In this document: positions 56,612 to 64,000 of the stretch, piece by piece | Layout of the letters: each line of letters starts with the position of its first letter | Numbering within the stretch: position 1 is the first letter of the stretch | Assembly (NCBI GenBank): GCA_012800735.1 | Contig: JAAZIU010000039.1 | Coordinates: 7,469 to 71,468 of the forward strand | Source: Clostridiales bacterium | Lineage (GTDB): Bacteria > Bacillota > Clostridia > Oscillospirales > CAG-272 | Direction of reading: 5' to 3' | Length of the DNA: 64,000 nucleotides | Made by a program: the position numbers and the translations under genes | Notes under the pieces: model-generated | Seen by the model: only the letters and a program-made list of their open reading frames with translations | Told to the model about the DNA's origin: nothing | The model's database searches: none

Positions 56612-57757
56612 ATGGAAAAACTTAATATTGCTCTTGTAGGTCTCGGATTCGGCGGCGTATTCGCTCCGATTTATAAAGAGCACCCGGATGTCGGGAAGCT
56701 TATCCTGTATGACGCAGATCCGAATGTTTCAAAACGAACCGCTGAATATATCGGCGCCGCCGATATCGCAAATAGTTTCGAGGCAATTCTTGATGACAAA
56801 TCGATTGACGCTGTTCACCTTGTAACGCCGATTCCGCTTCACGCCGATCAGACCGTTGCCGTATTGGAATCCGGCAAGCACTGCGCTTGTACGGTTCCGA
56901 TGGCTACCTCGCTCGATGATATCAGACGGATAGTAAAAGCAAAGCGCATGTCCGGCAAAAACTATATGATGATGGAGACTGCGCTCTACACCTATCAGTA
57001 CTTCTATGTTAAAAACATGTTGAAAGAAGGGAAGCTCGGGCGCATCCAGTTCTTACGCGGTACGCACTACCAGGATATGGCGCAGTGGCCGGATTACTGG
57101 ATGGGACTGCCGCCGATGTGGTACGGTACGCACGCCATTGCACCTATGATAGATCTTTCAGAATCGCGCATTTGTCGTGTCAACTGTTTTGGCTCCGGCA
57201 CTATGGCAGGTTGGATGGTGCAAAGATACGGCAACCCATACCCGATTGAATCGGCGTTGTTCGAGTTTGAAAGCGGTCTAAAGGGAGAGGCGACTCGGTC
57301 TCTGTTTGAAACTGCACGAATGTACCAGGAAGGAATGTTTGTTTACGGTTCGAAAATGAGTTTCGAGTGGGGATTCGGCGACGGAGATGACCCGTATATC
57401 ACAAAGCTTTATCCGCCCGAGCCCGGCGCAAGAGGCGGCAGAACCGAAACAAAAATTACACAAATGCCGAACTTTTATAATGACCTTCCGAAAGAACTGT
57501 GGCACTTCACGGTCGGCGGAAATTATGACCCGCTGAATCCGCAGGAATCGCTAAAGCGCGGAGCCGGAGCAGGACATCATGGCTCCCACCCGCATTTGGC
57601 ACACGAATTTGTGCGCAGCTGCATCGAGGAGCGCAAACCGGCGATAGACGAACATCTCGGCGGTAACATCACGGCGGCGGGAATTTGTGCGCACGAAAGC
57701 GCGATGAAGAACGGCGAAGCGGTAATCGTACCGAAATTTTTAGCAATAAAGCAATAA
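56612..57757 (+). CDS. Gfo/Idh/MocA family oxidoreductase (381 aa)
   Basis: IALVGLGFGGVF Rossmann motif. AAGGAG RBS. Confidence 0.7.
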   Translation: MEKLNIALVGLGFGGVFAPIYKEHPDVGKLILYDADPNVSKRTAEYIGAADIANSFEAILDDKSIDAVHLVTPIPLHADQTVAVLESGKHCACTVPMATSLDDIRRIVKAKRMSGKNYMMMETALYTYQYFYVKNMLKEGKLGRIQFLRGTHYQDMAQWPDYWMGLPPMWYGTHAIAPMIDLSESRICRVNCFGSGTMAGWMVQRYGNPYPIESALFEFESGLKGEATRSLFETARMYQEGMFVYGSKMSFEWGFGDGDDPYITKLYPPEPGARGGRTETKITQMPNFYNDLPKELWHFTVGGNYDPLNPQESLKRGAGAGHHGSHPHLAHEFVRSCIEERKPAIDEHLGGNITAAGICAHESAMKNGEAVIVPKFLAIKQ

Positions 57758-57758
57758 A

Positions 57759-57795
57759 ACGGAGGGATCGTAACAATGACTCCTCCGTTTTATAT
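57759..57795 (+). terminator. intrinsic terminator
   Basis: ACGGAGG / CCTCCGT stem followed by TTTATAT. Confidence 0.55.
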
Positions 57796-58103
57796 GATAT
57801 TATATCAGGTGTTGGGAATAATACTTCTGAATCTTTTAATCTATGTTTTTTTAATTATTGATTATTTCAAAACAAGTGTGGAAGCAATTTCTTTATGATT
57901 TTTCAAATTGCACTTAAGTGCAATTTATGCATAAGAACAAATAGGATGTTTGTACCATACACCCTCCGCAAGCTCGTCAAAGCTTGTAATATCGTTATAC
58001 AAACAGCTGACGTTCATAAGCAAAACAATGTCTGTATACATTTCCGACAAAAACCATACTCATTCCTATTTTAATTTTGTATGACTTGACACCCGCATTT
58101 TGC

Positions 58104-58132
58104 TTGACAAAAAAGCAAAAACATGCTATAAT
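58104..58132 (+). promoter_or_regulatory. sigma-70-type promoter of the nucleobase permease
   Basis: TTGACA (58104-58109), 17-nt spacer, TGcTATAAT (58124-58132). Confidence 0.6.
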
Positions 58133-58298
58133 GTATCAGTCTGTGTATAATTGACTTAACATATACTTCAAAACCTCAAGTAGCCGCATTATACTGCCAC
58201 GGCAGAATATTATGCGGTGTTTTTGCGGAATACGGCACCCGCAAGGGTTCTCGCCGTGATTTACAACATTGTGATTCGTGAAAGGATGGCAGACACAA

Positions 58299-59708
58299 AT
58301 GAAACTAGTTTTTGGCGTAAAGGACAGACCAAAGTTCGGTCAGATAATAGTCCTTGCTTTACAGCAGATGCTTGCAATCTTGGCGGCAACAATAGCCGTG
58401 CCGATGATTATAGGCAACGGTTTGACCCCTGCGGCGGCTATGTTCGGCGCGGGCTGCGGTTCTCTCATCTATCTGCTTTTCACTCAATTTAAAAGCCCGG
58501 TTTTCCTGGGTTCGTCATTTGCATTTATAAATTCGATGTTCGCCGCTTTCGCCGGCGGAGTTTCGATGTCACTCGGCTGGCTGGGATTGATCTTAGGAGC
58601 ATTCTTCGCCGGCCTTGTTTATGTCGTGATAGCGATAGTGGTAAAATTCGTCGGAGTCGGCTGGCTCAATAAATTAATGCCGGCGGTTGTTATCGGTCCT
58701 ACCGTTGCTATTATCGGTCTTTCACTTGCCGGCAACGCAATAGCCGATCTTACAAAAGGTGATGTTGTTAATGCTGCCGGCGAAATGATCGGTTCGTCTT
58801 ACATAGCTATGCTCTGTGGTCTTGTCACGCTTGCGGTGACCATGCTCGCGTCAACCTACGGAAAGGGAATGGTTAAGCTTATTCCGTTTATTATAGGCAT
58901 TCTGTCCGGCTACGCAGTCGCAGCGATATTGACGATTATTGGAGTCGTTGCCGGAATAGACGCCCTGAAAATCATTGACTTCAGCGTATTTTCAAGCTAT
59001 ATGTTCCCCGACGGAGGGCTTTCGTTAAATACATTCCTGTGTCTGCCTCCGTTTACATTTACAAAAGCGCTTGAGGGGATTTCCGAGCTTAACCTTTCTT
59101 ATGTAGCGACAATCTTCGTCGCATATGTTCCGGTCGCTTTTGTCGTATTTGCCGAGCATATCGCCGACCATCGCAACCTCAGCACGATCATCGAGCACGA
59201 TCTCCTTGAAGACCCCGGTCTTTCCCGAAGCCTTTTAGGGGACGGAATCGGCTCGATAGTAGGCGCTTTCTTCGGCGGCTGCCCCAATACCACCTACGGC
59301 GAGTCAATAGCCTGCGTCGCGATAACCGGAAACGCAGCGACTGTGACAATCCTTGCCGCTGCAATAGGCTGCATGCTCTTCTCGTTTATCACTCCGCTTA
59401 TAGCCTTCGTTGATTCGATTCCTGCCTGTGTCATGGGCGGCGTCTGCATCGCCCTTTACGGTTTCATCGCGGTCTCCGGTCTTAAGATGCTTCAGCAGGT
59501 TGACTTAAGCAAAAATCGCAACCTATTCGTCGCTTCCTGCATCCTGATAGCCGGTATCGGCGGACTCACCGTTAGTGTAGGCGCGGTTACCCTGACTTCA
59601 ATCGCCGCAGCTCTTATTCTCGGAATCCTGACCAATATCATGCTATCTAAAGAAAAGGACGAAACAACCCCGGATTCAATAACATCCGGCAAGAAAAAAT
59701 CTAAATAA
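58299..59708 (+). CDS. NCS2-family nucleobase:cation symporter (uracil/xanthine permease type)
   Basis: ATG 58299 follows AAAGGATGG. About 12 or more TM segments. QQMLAILAATIAVPMIIG and NTTYGESIA motifs. Confidence 0.75.
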   Translation: MKLVFGVKDRPKFGQIIVLALQQMLAILAATIAVPMIIGNGLTPAAAMFGAGCGSLIYLLFTQFKSPVFLGSSFAFINSMFAAFAGGVSMSLGWLGLILGAFFAGLVYVVIAIVVKFVGVGWLNKLMPAVVIGPTVAIIGLSLAGNAIADLTKGDVVNAAGEMIGSSYIAMLCGLVTLAVTMLASTYGKGMVKLIPFIIGILSGYAVAAILTIIGVVAGIDALKIIDFSVFSSYMFPDGGLSLNTFLCLPPFTFTKALEGISELNLSYVATIFVAYVPVAFVVFAEHIADHRNLSTIIEHDLLEDPGLSRSLLGDGIGSIVGAFFGGCPNTTYGESIACVAITGNAATVTILAAAIGCMLFSFITPLIAFVDSIPACVMGGVCIALYGFIAVSGLKMLQQVDLSKNRNLFVASCILIAGIGGLTVSVGAVTLTSIAAALILGILTNIMLSKEKDETTPDSITSGKKKSK

Positions 59709-59720
59709 GTTGAAAACAAA

Positions 59721-59758
59721 AAGCCCGCCTGCTGTCGTTTAAGACAGACGGCGGGCTT
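59721..59758. terminator. bidirectional intrinsic terminator
   Basis: AAGCCCGCC / GGCGGGCTT outer stem plus CTGTC/GACAG inner stem. T-runs on both strands. Confidence 0.75.
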
Positions 59759-59787
59759 GATTTTTAATTAATATATAATGAGATATA

Positions 59788-61068
59788 TCAGACAAGCGCT
59801 CCTCTCTCGGTCAGCATTTCCTGCATCTGAGACACATCGATATCTCGCGGCGCGCAGTCGTTTTTGGCGGAAAGATAAGCCGCAACACCGGCTGCTTCGC
59901 CGATACATGAGGTAATAGGCATTATTCTGAACGAAGAATGCGCCGCATGAGTCGAGGAGATGGGACGTCCTGCGACAAGCAGATTCTTCGATCCTGCTGG
60001 GATAATGGCGCGATAGGGAATCGTATAGTAGTCGCTTTCGGGTATCCGCTTTATGTAGGTGCCGGTACCGGAGGGGTTGTGAATATCTATGTCGTAGGTG
60101 CCGCGGGCAATGCGGTCATCAAATTTACGGACGCCCAAGATATCATCTTCGGTAATCCGGTATTCGCCGACAATCCTGCGGCTTTCGCGTATTCCGAGCT
60201 CAGGCGCCGACATAATAAGCTCGCAGTTTTCCATACCGCGTATATTGTCTTTCATAAACCGATACATCTCGTATACCTGTTCTCTCGCTTCGAGCTCGCC
60301 TGCGGTATAATCTTCGACATCGACGGGATCGCGACCGACAATGCGCGTAGTGTTAAGGTGCATCAGCTGTTTATACGGCATTCGGAAGATAAGAACATTT
60401 TCGCGGGGATTCTTGATTTTTCCTTCGACGCGGAAGTCCTTGTAAAGCTGCTGCATTGCCGGAAGATCTATATCATCCCACCTGGCGTTGGCAAGGCGGA
60501 AATTAAGCGTCATCGGCTGACAAAGTCCGTCCTCTTCTCGTCCCTGCTCATATTCAAATCCGCCGAAAGCGGAAAGGTCGCCGTTTCCGGTGCAATCGAT
60601 ATAAATCTTTGCGCAAAGCGTTATCATGCCGGAAACGGTGGAAACGGTAACCGACTTTATTTTTTTATCGCAGCATTCGACCGCTGCGAGCCGTGAATGT
60701 AAAAGCAGCTTTATCGAAGGATATTCTCCGACCATACGATCAAGCGCCAGCTTCATGAACTCTTCCTGGTACATTCCGGAATCCGGCGCTCCGCTGCCGC
60801 CAAGCTCAAATACCCTTCGGCGCATGTCATCGAATAATCCGGTGTTTACCGATTTCCACGATCCGCGCTCCCGCCAGTCCATAAACGGATGAACAAGACC
60901 GCAGGTCGCCATTCCGCCGAGAAAACCGTATTTTTCGATAAGTATAACCGACGCGCCTTCCCGCGCTGCCGCAACTGCCGCCATAACGCCGGCAAGACCG
61001 CCTCCCGCGACCAATACGTCAAAGCTGCCGTCGATTCTTTTCGGTTCAAAAATTCGTTTTGTTTTCAT
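59788..61068 (-). CDS. FAD-dependent oxidoreductase (FAD_oxidored-type)
   Basis: ATG 61068 lies 6 nt after GGAGG. DVLVAGGGLAGVMAAVAAAREG dinucleotide fold. Confidence 0.7.
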   Translation of the reverse strand: MKTKRIFEPKRIDGSFDVLVAGGGLAGVMAAVAAAREGASVILIEKYGFLGGMATCGLVHPFMDWRERGSWKSVNTGLFDDMRRRVFELGGSGAPDSGMYQEEFMKLALDRMVGEYPSIKLLLHSRLAAVECCDKKIKSVTVSTVSGMITLCAKIYIDCTGNGDLSAFGGFEYEQGREEDGLCQPMTLNFRLANARWDDIDLPAMQQLYKDFRVEGKIKNPRENVLIFRMPYKQLMHLNTTRIVGRDPVDVEDYTAGELEAREQVYEMYRFMKDNIRGMENCELIMSAPELGIRESRRIVGEYRITEDDILGVRKFDDRIARGTYDIDIHNPSGTGTYIKRIPESDYYTIPYRAIIPAGSKNLLVAGRPISSTHAAHSSFRIMPITSCIGEAAGVAAYLSAKNDCAPRDIDVSQMQEMLTERGALV

Positions 61069-61214
61069 AATATACCTCCGGATGTGTTTCATCTTTTTTG
61101 TTACTTTGATTATACCATATATACCGTTTTTTTACAACCGTTTTAAAGCGATTTTTCGCGTGATATCATACGGAATAAGAATGTAAATTGGCAGTTAAAT
61201 TATAGTGCCGTTAC

Positions 61215-61243
61215 TTGACATTTTTATATATAAGTAGTATAAT
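61215..61243 (+). promoter_or_regulatory. sigma-70-type promoter
   Basis: TTGACA (61215-61220), 17-nt spacer, TATAAT (61238-61243). Confidence 0.55.
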
Positions 61244-61323
61244 TAAAGTAACAAATTGTTTTTTGCCGCATCCGATAAAGCCCTGTCGGGACTGATTCCG
61301 GTCGGCGCAACGGAGGAAATATC

Positions 61324-61545
61324 ATGACTATAACAAAAGAAACGATAATCGGAGATATTCTCGATTACGATATAGGAGCCGCGAAGTTTTTCATGGAAAT
61401 AGGAATGCACTGTCTCGGCTGTCCCGCCTCTCGCAGCGAAAGTCTTGAAATGGCTTGCGAGATACACGGAGTAGATGTCGATGATCTGGTAAATGAAATT
61501 AATAATTTTTTTGCCGAAAAAACCGATAAGAAAGAAAATAAATAA
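61324..61545 (+). CDS. DUF1858 domain protein (hybrid-cluster-protein-associated redox disulfide family)
   Basis: 73 aa. TIGDILDYD..FFMEIGMHCLGCPAS motif. Confidence 0.7.
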   Translation: MTITKETIIGDILDYDIGAAKFFMEIGMHCLGCPASRSESLEMACEIHGVDVDDLVNEINNFFAEKTDKKENK

Positions 61546-61552
61546 CAATGCC

Positions 61553-61600
61553 CGGGCTTTAACGTCGGCAGCGTAAGCTTTCGACGTCAAGCCCGTTTTT
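61553..61600 (+). terminator. intrinsic terminator
   Basis: GGGCTT..AACGTCG / CGACGT..AAGCCC compound stem followed by GTTTTTT. Confidence 0.65.
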
Positions 61601-61609
61601 TAAGTTAAT

Positions 61610-62350
61610 TTGTCAAATAATACAGCGAACAAACAGTATTCGGCTCTCGGCAGCCGTCTTGAGCTCTGCGCCCGTCATGTAAGAAACGGAGGCGTTTTGC
61701 TTGACGTCGGAACCGATCACGCGCTCCTTCCCATAGCTCTTGTGTTGCGCGGTAAAATCAACCGAGCCATAGCCTCGGATATCCGTGACGGTCCTGTCGG
61801 CATAGCTGAAAAAAACATTTCCCGCCATGGTCTTTCGGATATGATAACAGTTGTCAAAGCCGACGGGCTTGCCGGAATGGAAAAGTTCAAGCCGACAGAT
61901 ATAGTAATCGCCGGAATGGGCGGAGAAATGATTTCAAAAATCCTCGGCGCTAAAGCTGCCGAATGGTCAAAAAGGGAAGGAACGCGCTTCATTTTACAGC
62001 CGATGACACGGCAGCATCTGCTCCGCCGTTTTCTTGCCGAGAACGGTTTTTTGACAGAGCATAACAGCCTTGCCGAAGACACGGACGGCAGAATTTACGA
62101 AATTATTGTATGTCGTTATACTGCAGAGTCGTATTTTATATCCGACGCAGAAGCTATCGGGGGAAGTATGGGCAGGGATTCGCCGGACGATTTATTTTCC
62201 CGGCATATTGCGCTCAGAATAAGACAGCTCAGACGCCGCGCGGAGGGGATTTTAAAAACTTCAGGCGATGACAGCCGAAGAGCCGAACTTTCCGCGATTG
62301 AAAAAGTCGTCGGGGAACTTGAAGAAATGAAACCACGGATAAACGAATAA
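61610..62350 (+). CDS. trmK: tRNA (adenine22-N1)-methyltransferase
   Basis: LLDVGTDHALLPI and VIAGMGGEMI motifs. The only in-frame start near the N-terminus is TTG 61610, so the start is uncertain. Confidence 0.75.
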   Translation: MSNNTANKQYSALGSRLELCARHVRNGGVLLDVGTDHALLPIALVLRGKINRAIASDIRDGPVGIAEKNISRHGLSDMITVVKADGLAGMEKFKPTDIVIAGMGGEMISKILGAKAAEWSKREGTRFILQPMTRQHLLRRFLAENGFLTEHNSLAEDTDGRIYEIIVCRYTAESYFISDAEAIGGSMGRDSPDDLFSRHIALRIRQLRRRAEGILKTSGDDSRRAELSAIEKVVGELEEMKPRINE

Positions 62351-63100
62351 ATGCCAAAAAAGGAACCGACAATGCCGACCTGTTATGAAGTCTGGCGTTA
62401 TCTTGACGAACTGATCCCTTCATCTCAAAGCGAGGAATGGGACAACGACGGTTTGATGATAGCGTCCGGAGCTGACTGTAAAAAAGCGCTGATTGCGCTC
62501 GACCCAACCGCCGAAGTAATACGATACGCCGCTCAAAATAATTTTAACGCGGTTATAACCCATCATCCTCTGATTTTTCGTCCGCTAAGAAATATAGGTG
62601 ATGAAAAACTAATAATAGCCGTTAAAAATGATATTGCGGTAATGAGCTTTCATACCCGACTTGATGCAAACTCTCCGGGTGTAAACGATGCGCTCGCGGC
62701 AAAGCTCGGACTTGCCGATACCGAAATTTCCGGAATGCTGCGAATAGGCAAGACGGATAAATGCAGTCTCGATTCTTTTGCCCAGACTGTAAAGACAGCG
62801 CTAAATTCTCCCGCCGTGACTTTTGGCGGCGACGGAAATGTTTGCAAGGTCGCGGTTTTAGGCGGCTCGGGCGGCGATTTCATAGAAGAAGCCATTAAAA
62901 TAGGCGCAGATACTTTCGTTACCGGCGAATGCGGTTATAACGCCATCTGCGACGCAGCCGACGCAGGACTTAATGTTATCTGCGCCGGTCATTACCATAC
63001 CGAAGCGCCGGTTCTGGAAATGCTTAAGACCTTTATAATTACAGCTTTTCCGGAGATAATGTGCGAAATATACGAAAGCTATCCGCTAAAGGCAATATAA
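62351..63100 (+). CDS. Nif3-like dinuclear metal centre protein
   Basis: ITHHPLIF, MSFHTRLD and GHYHTE motifs. ATG 62372 is an alternative start. Confidence 0.8.
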   Translation: MPKKEPTMPTCYEVWRYLDELIPSSQSEEWDNDGLMIASGADCKKALIALDPTAEVIRYAAQNNFNAVITHHPLIFRPLRNIGDEKLIIAVKNDIAVMSFHTRLDANSPGVNDALAAKLGLADTEISGMLRIGKTDKCSLDSFAQTVKTALNSPAVTFGGDGNVCKVAVLGGSGGDFIEEAIKIGADTFVTGECGYNAICDAADAGLNVICAGHYHTEAPVLEMLKTFIITAFPEIMCEIYESYPLKAI

Positions 63101-63138
63101 CGAATCCGTCTCATAAAAGTGAAAGAAGGTAACCGACC

Positions 63139-64000
63139 ATGCGAAGAACCAAGATAGTTTGCACAATAGGGCCCGCCTCCGACAACGAGCATACATTGCG
63201 CGACATGCTTTCAGCGGGAATGGATGTCGCGCGATTAAACTTCTCGCACGGCGACCATGAGAGTCATAAACAAAAAGTGGATCTTGTGCGTCGATTGAGC
63301 TATGAAATGGGCAAACATACCGCGCTTCTGCTTGATACCAAAGGTCCGGAGATACGTGTCGGTCGTTTTTGCAACGGAAAGGTAATTCTGAGGTCAGAAG
63401 AGCAGTTTATACTAACGGCAGACGATATAGAGGGCGACGAAAAACAGGTATCGATTTCTTATAAAGGTCTTCCCGACGATGTCGACCCTGGCGACATTAT
63501 ACTTATGGACGACGGAATGATCGCCCTGCAGATTATTTCAGCCGGAAGCGGCAAGATTGTTACCAAGGTGTTAAACGGCGGTGTGTTGACCGACCGGAAA
63601 AGCCTCTGCGTTCCGGGCGCGCACATTAACCTCGACTTTCTGAGCTCTCGTGATCTCGCCGATCTTGAATTCGGAATCAAGGAAGATTTCGACATCATCG
63701 CCGCTTCGTTTACCCAGTCAGCCGAAAATATCCGTCAGATGAGACGCGAACTTGAAAAGCGTCACTGCCGCGATATGATGATCTTCGCAAAGATAGAATC
63801 GGTACTCGGAGTCAGGAATATAGACGAGATAATAAACGAAGCGGACGGAATCATGGTTGCGCGAGGCGATATGGGTGTGGAAATACCCCTGGAAAATGTA
63901 CCTATAATCCAGAAGCAGATTATAGAGAAATGTCGTGAGTGCGGCAAAACGGTTATAACCGCGACTCAACTTCTCGAATCGATGACTGTCAATCCCCGGC
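63139..64000 (+). CDS. pyk: pyruvate kinase, 5' partial (runs off the window)
   Basis: Not in the ORF track because it has no stop in the window. Own translation: [43 protein letters not shown]...[12 protein letters not shown]. Confidence 0.9.
   Translation, partial: MRRTKIVCTIGPASDNEHTLRDMLSAGMDVARLNFSHGDHESHKQKVDLVRRLSYEMGKHTALLLDTKGPEIRVGRFCNGKVILRSEEQFILTADDIEGDEKQVSISYKGLPDDVDPGDIILMDDGMIALQIISAGSGKIVTKVLNGGVLTDRKSLCVPGAHINLDFLSSRDLADLEFGIKEDFDIIAASFTQSAENIRQMRRELEKRHCRDMMIFAKIESVLGVRNIDEIINEADGIMVARGDMGVEIPLENVPIIQKQIIEKCRECGKTVITATQLLESMTVNPR

Noticed and set aside
57940-58056. 38-codon minus-strand ORF (MYTDIVLLMNVSCLYNDITSFDELAEGVWYKHPICSYA) ending at the 22-bp palindrome
   Set aside because: It is short, has a weak RBS and no recognisable family, so it cannot be supported as a gene.
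58133-58298. Purine riboswitch or PyrR attenuator upstream of the NCS2 permease
   Set aside because: The conserved purine-aptamer junction sequences and the PyrR-binding loop are not visible by eye. The region is kept only as an unclassified structured leader.
1-64000. CRISPR arrays, IS elements, rRNA operons, restriction-modification or known defence-system genes
   Set aside because: No repeat-spacer periodicity, transposase or integrase motifs, rRNA-like sequence, or nuclease, methylase or helicase signature ORFs were seen on either strand.

Overview
This is a chromosomal segment from a Clostridia-type Firmicute. Supporting signs are SLH repeats, GGAGG ribosome-binding sites, TTGACA-N17-TATAAT promoters that often carry an extended TG, and GC of about 50% by spot counts. 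No rRNA, CRISPR array, transposase, integrase or phage structural gene was recognised. About the first 28 kb is an accessory glycan-type region. It holds five of six paralogous SBP-like lipoproteins of about 480-500 aa (the sixth is at 36 kb), and no CUT1-type permease or ATPase occurs anywhere in the window. These lipoproteins are interleaved with cytoplasmic sugar-type oxidoreductases: two of the window's three Gfo/Idh/MocA proteins, an MDR dehydrogenase, a PIG3-type quinone oxidoreductase and an SDR. The region also contains a type I dehydroquinase-like protein, a xylose-isomerase-like TIM-barrel protein, a beta-helix lipoprotein, two CBM9-like surface proteins, a GH29 fucosidase and a PocR/AraC regulator. 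An XRE / ImmA-IrrE / small ORF cassette followed by a vWA gene is embedded in this region. The rest of the window is mostly housekeeping: pepT; a frameshifted AT-rich ABC exporter cassette; feoA-feoB-feoC-like; three single tRNA genes (Ser-GGA, Arg-CCT, Ala-CGC), each with its own promoter and terminator; an LCP gene followed by glyQS; a TPP riboswitch with thiT; an FtsX-type ABC pair; argCJBDF followed by an rpe-like gene; a pilin-like sortase substrate; gap; efp; an NCS2 nucleobase permease with a structured leader; trmK-nif3; and the 5' part of pyk. All family assignments come from motif recognition by eye, and no searches were run.
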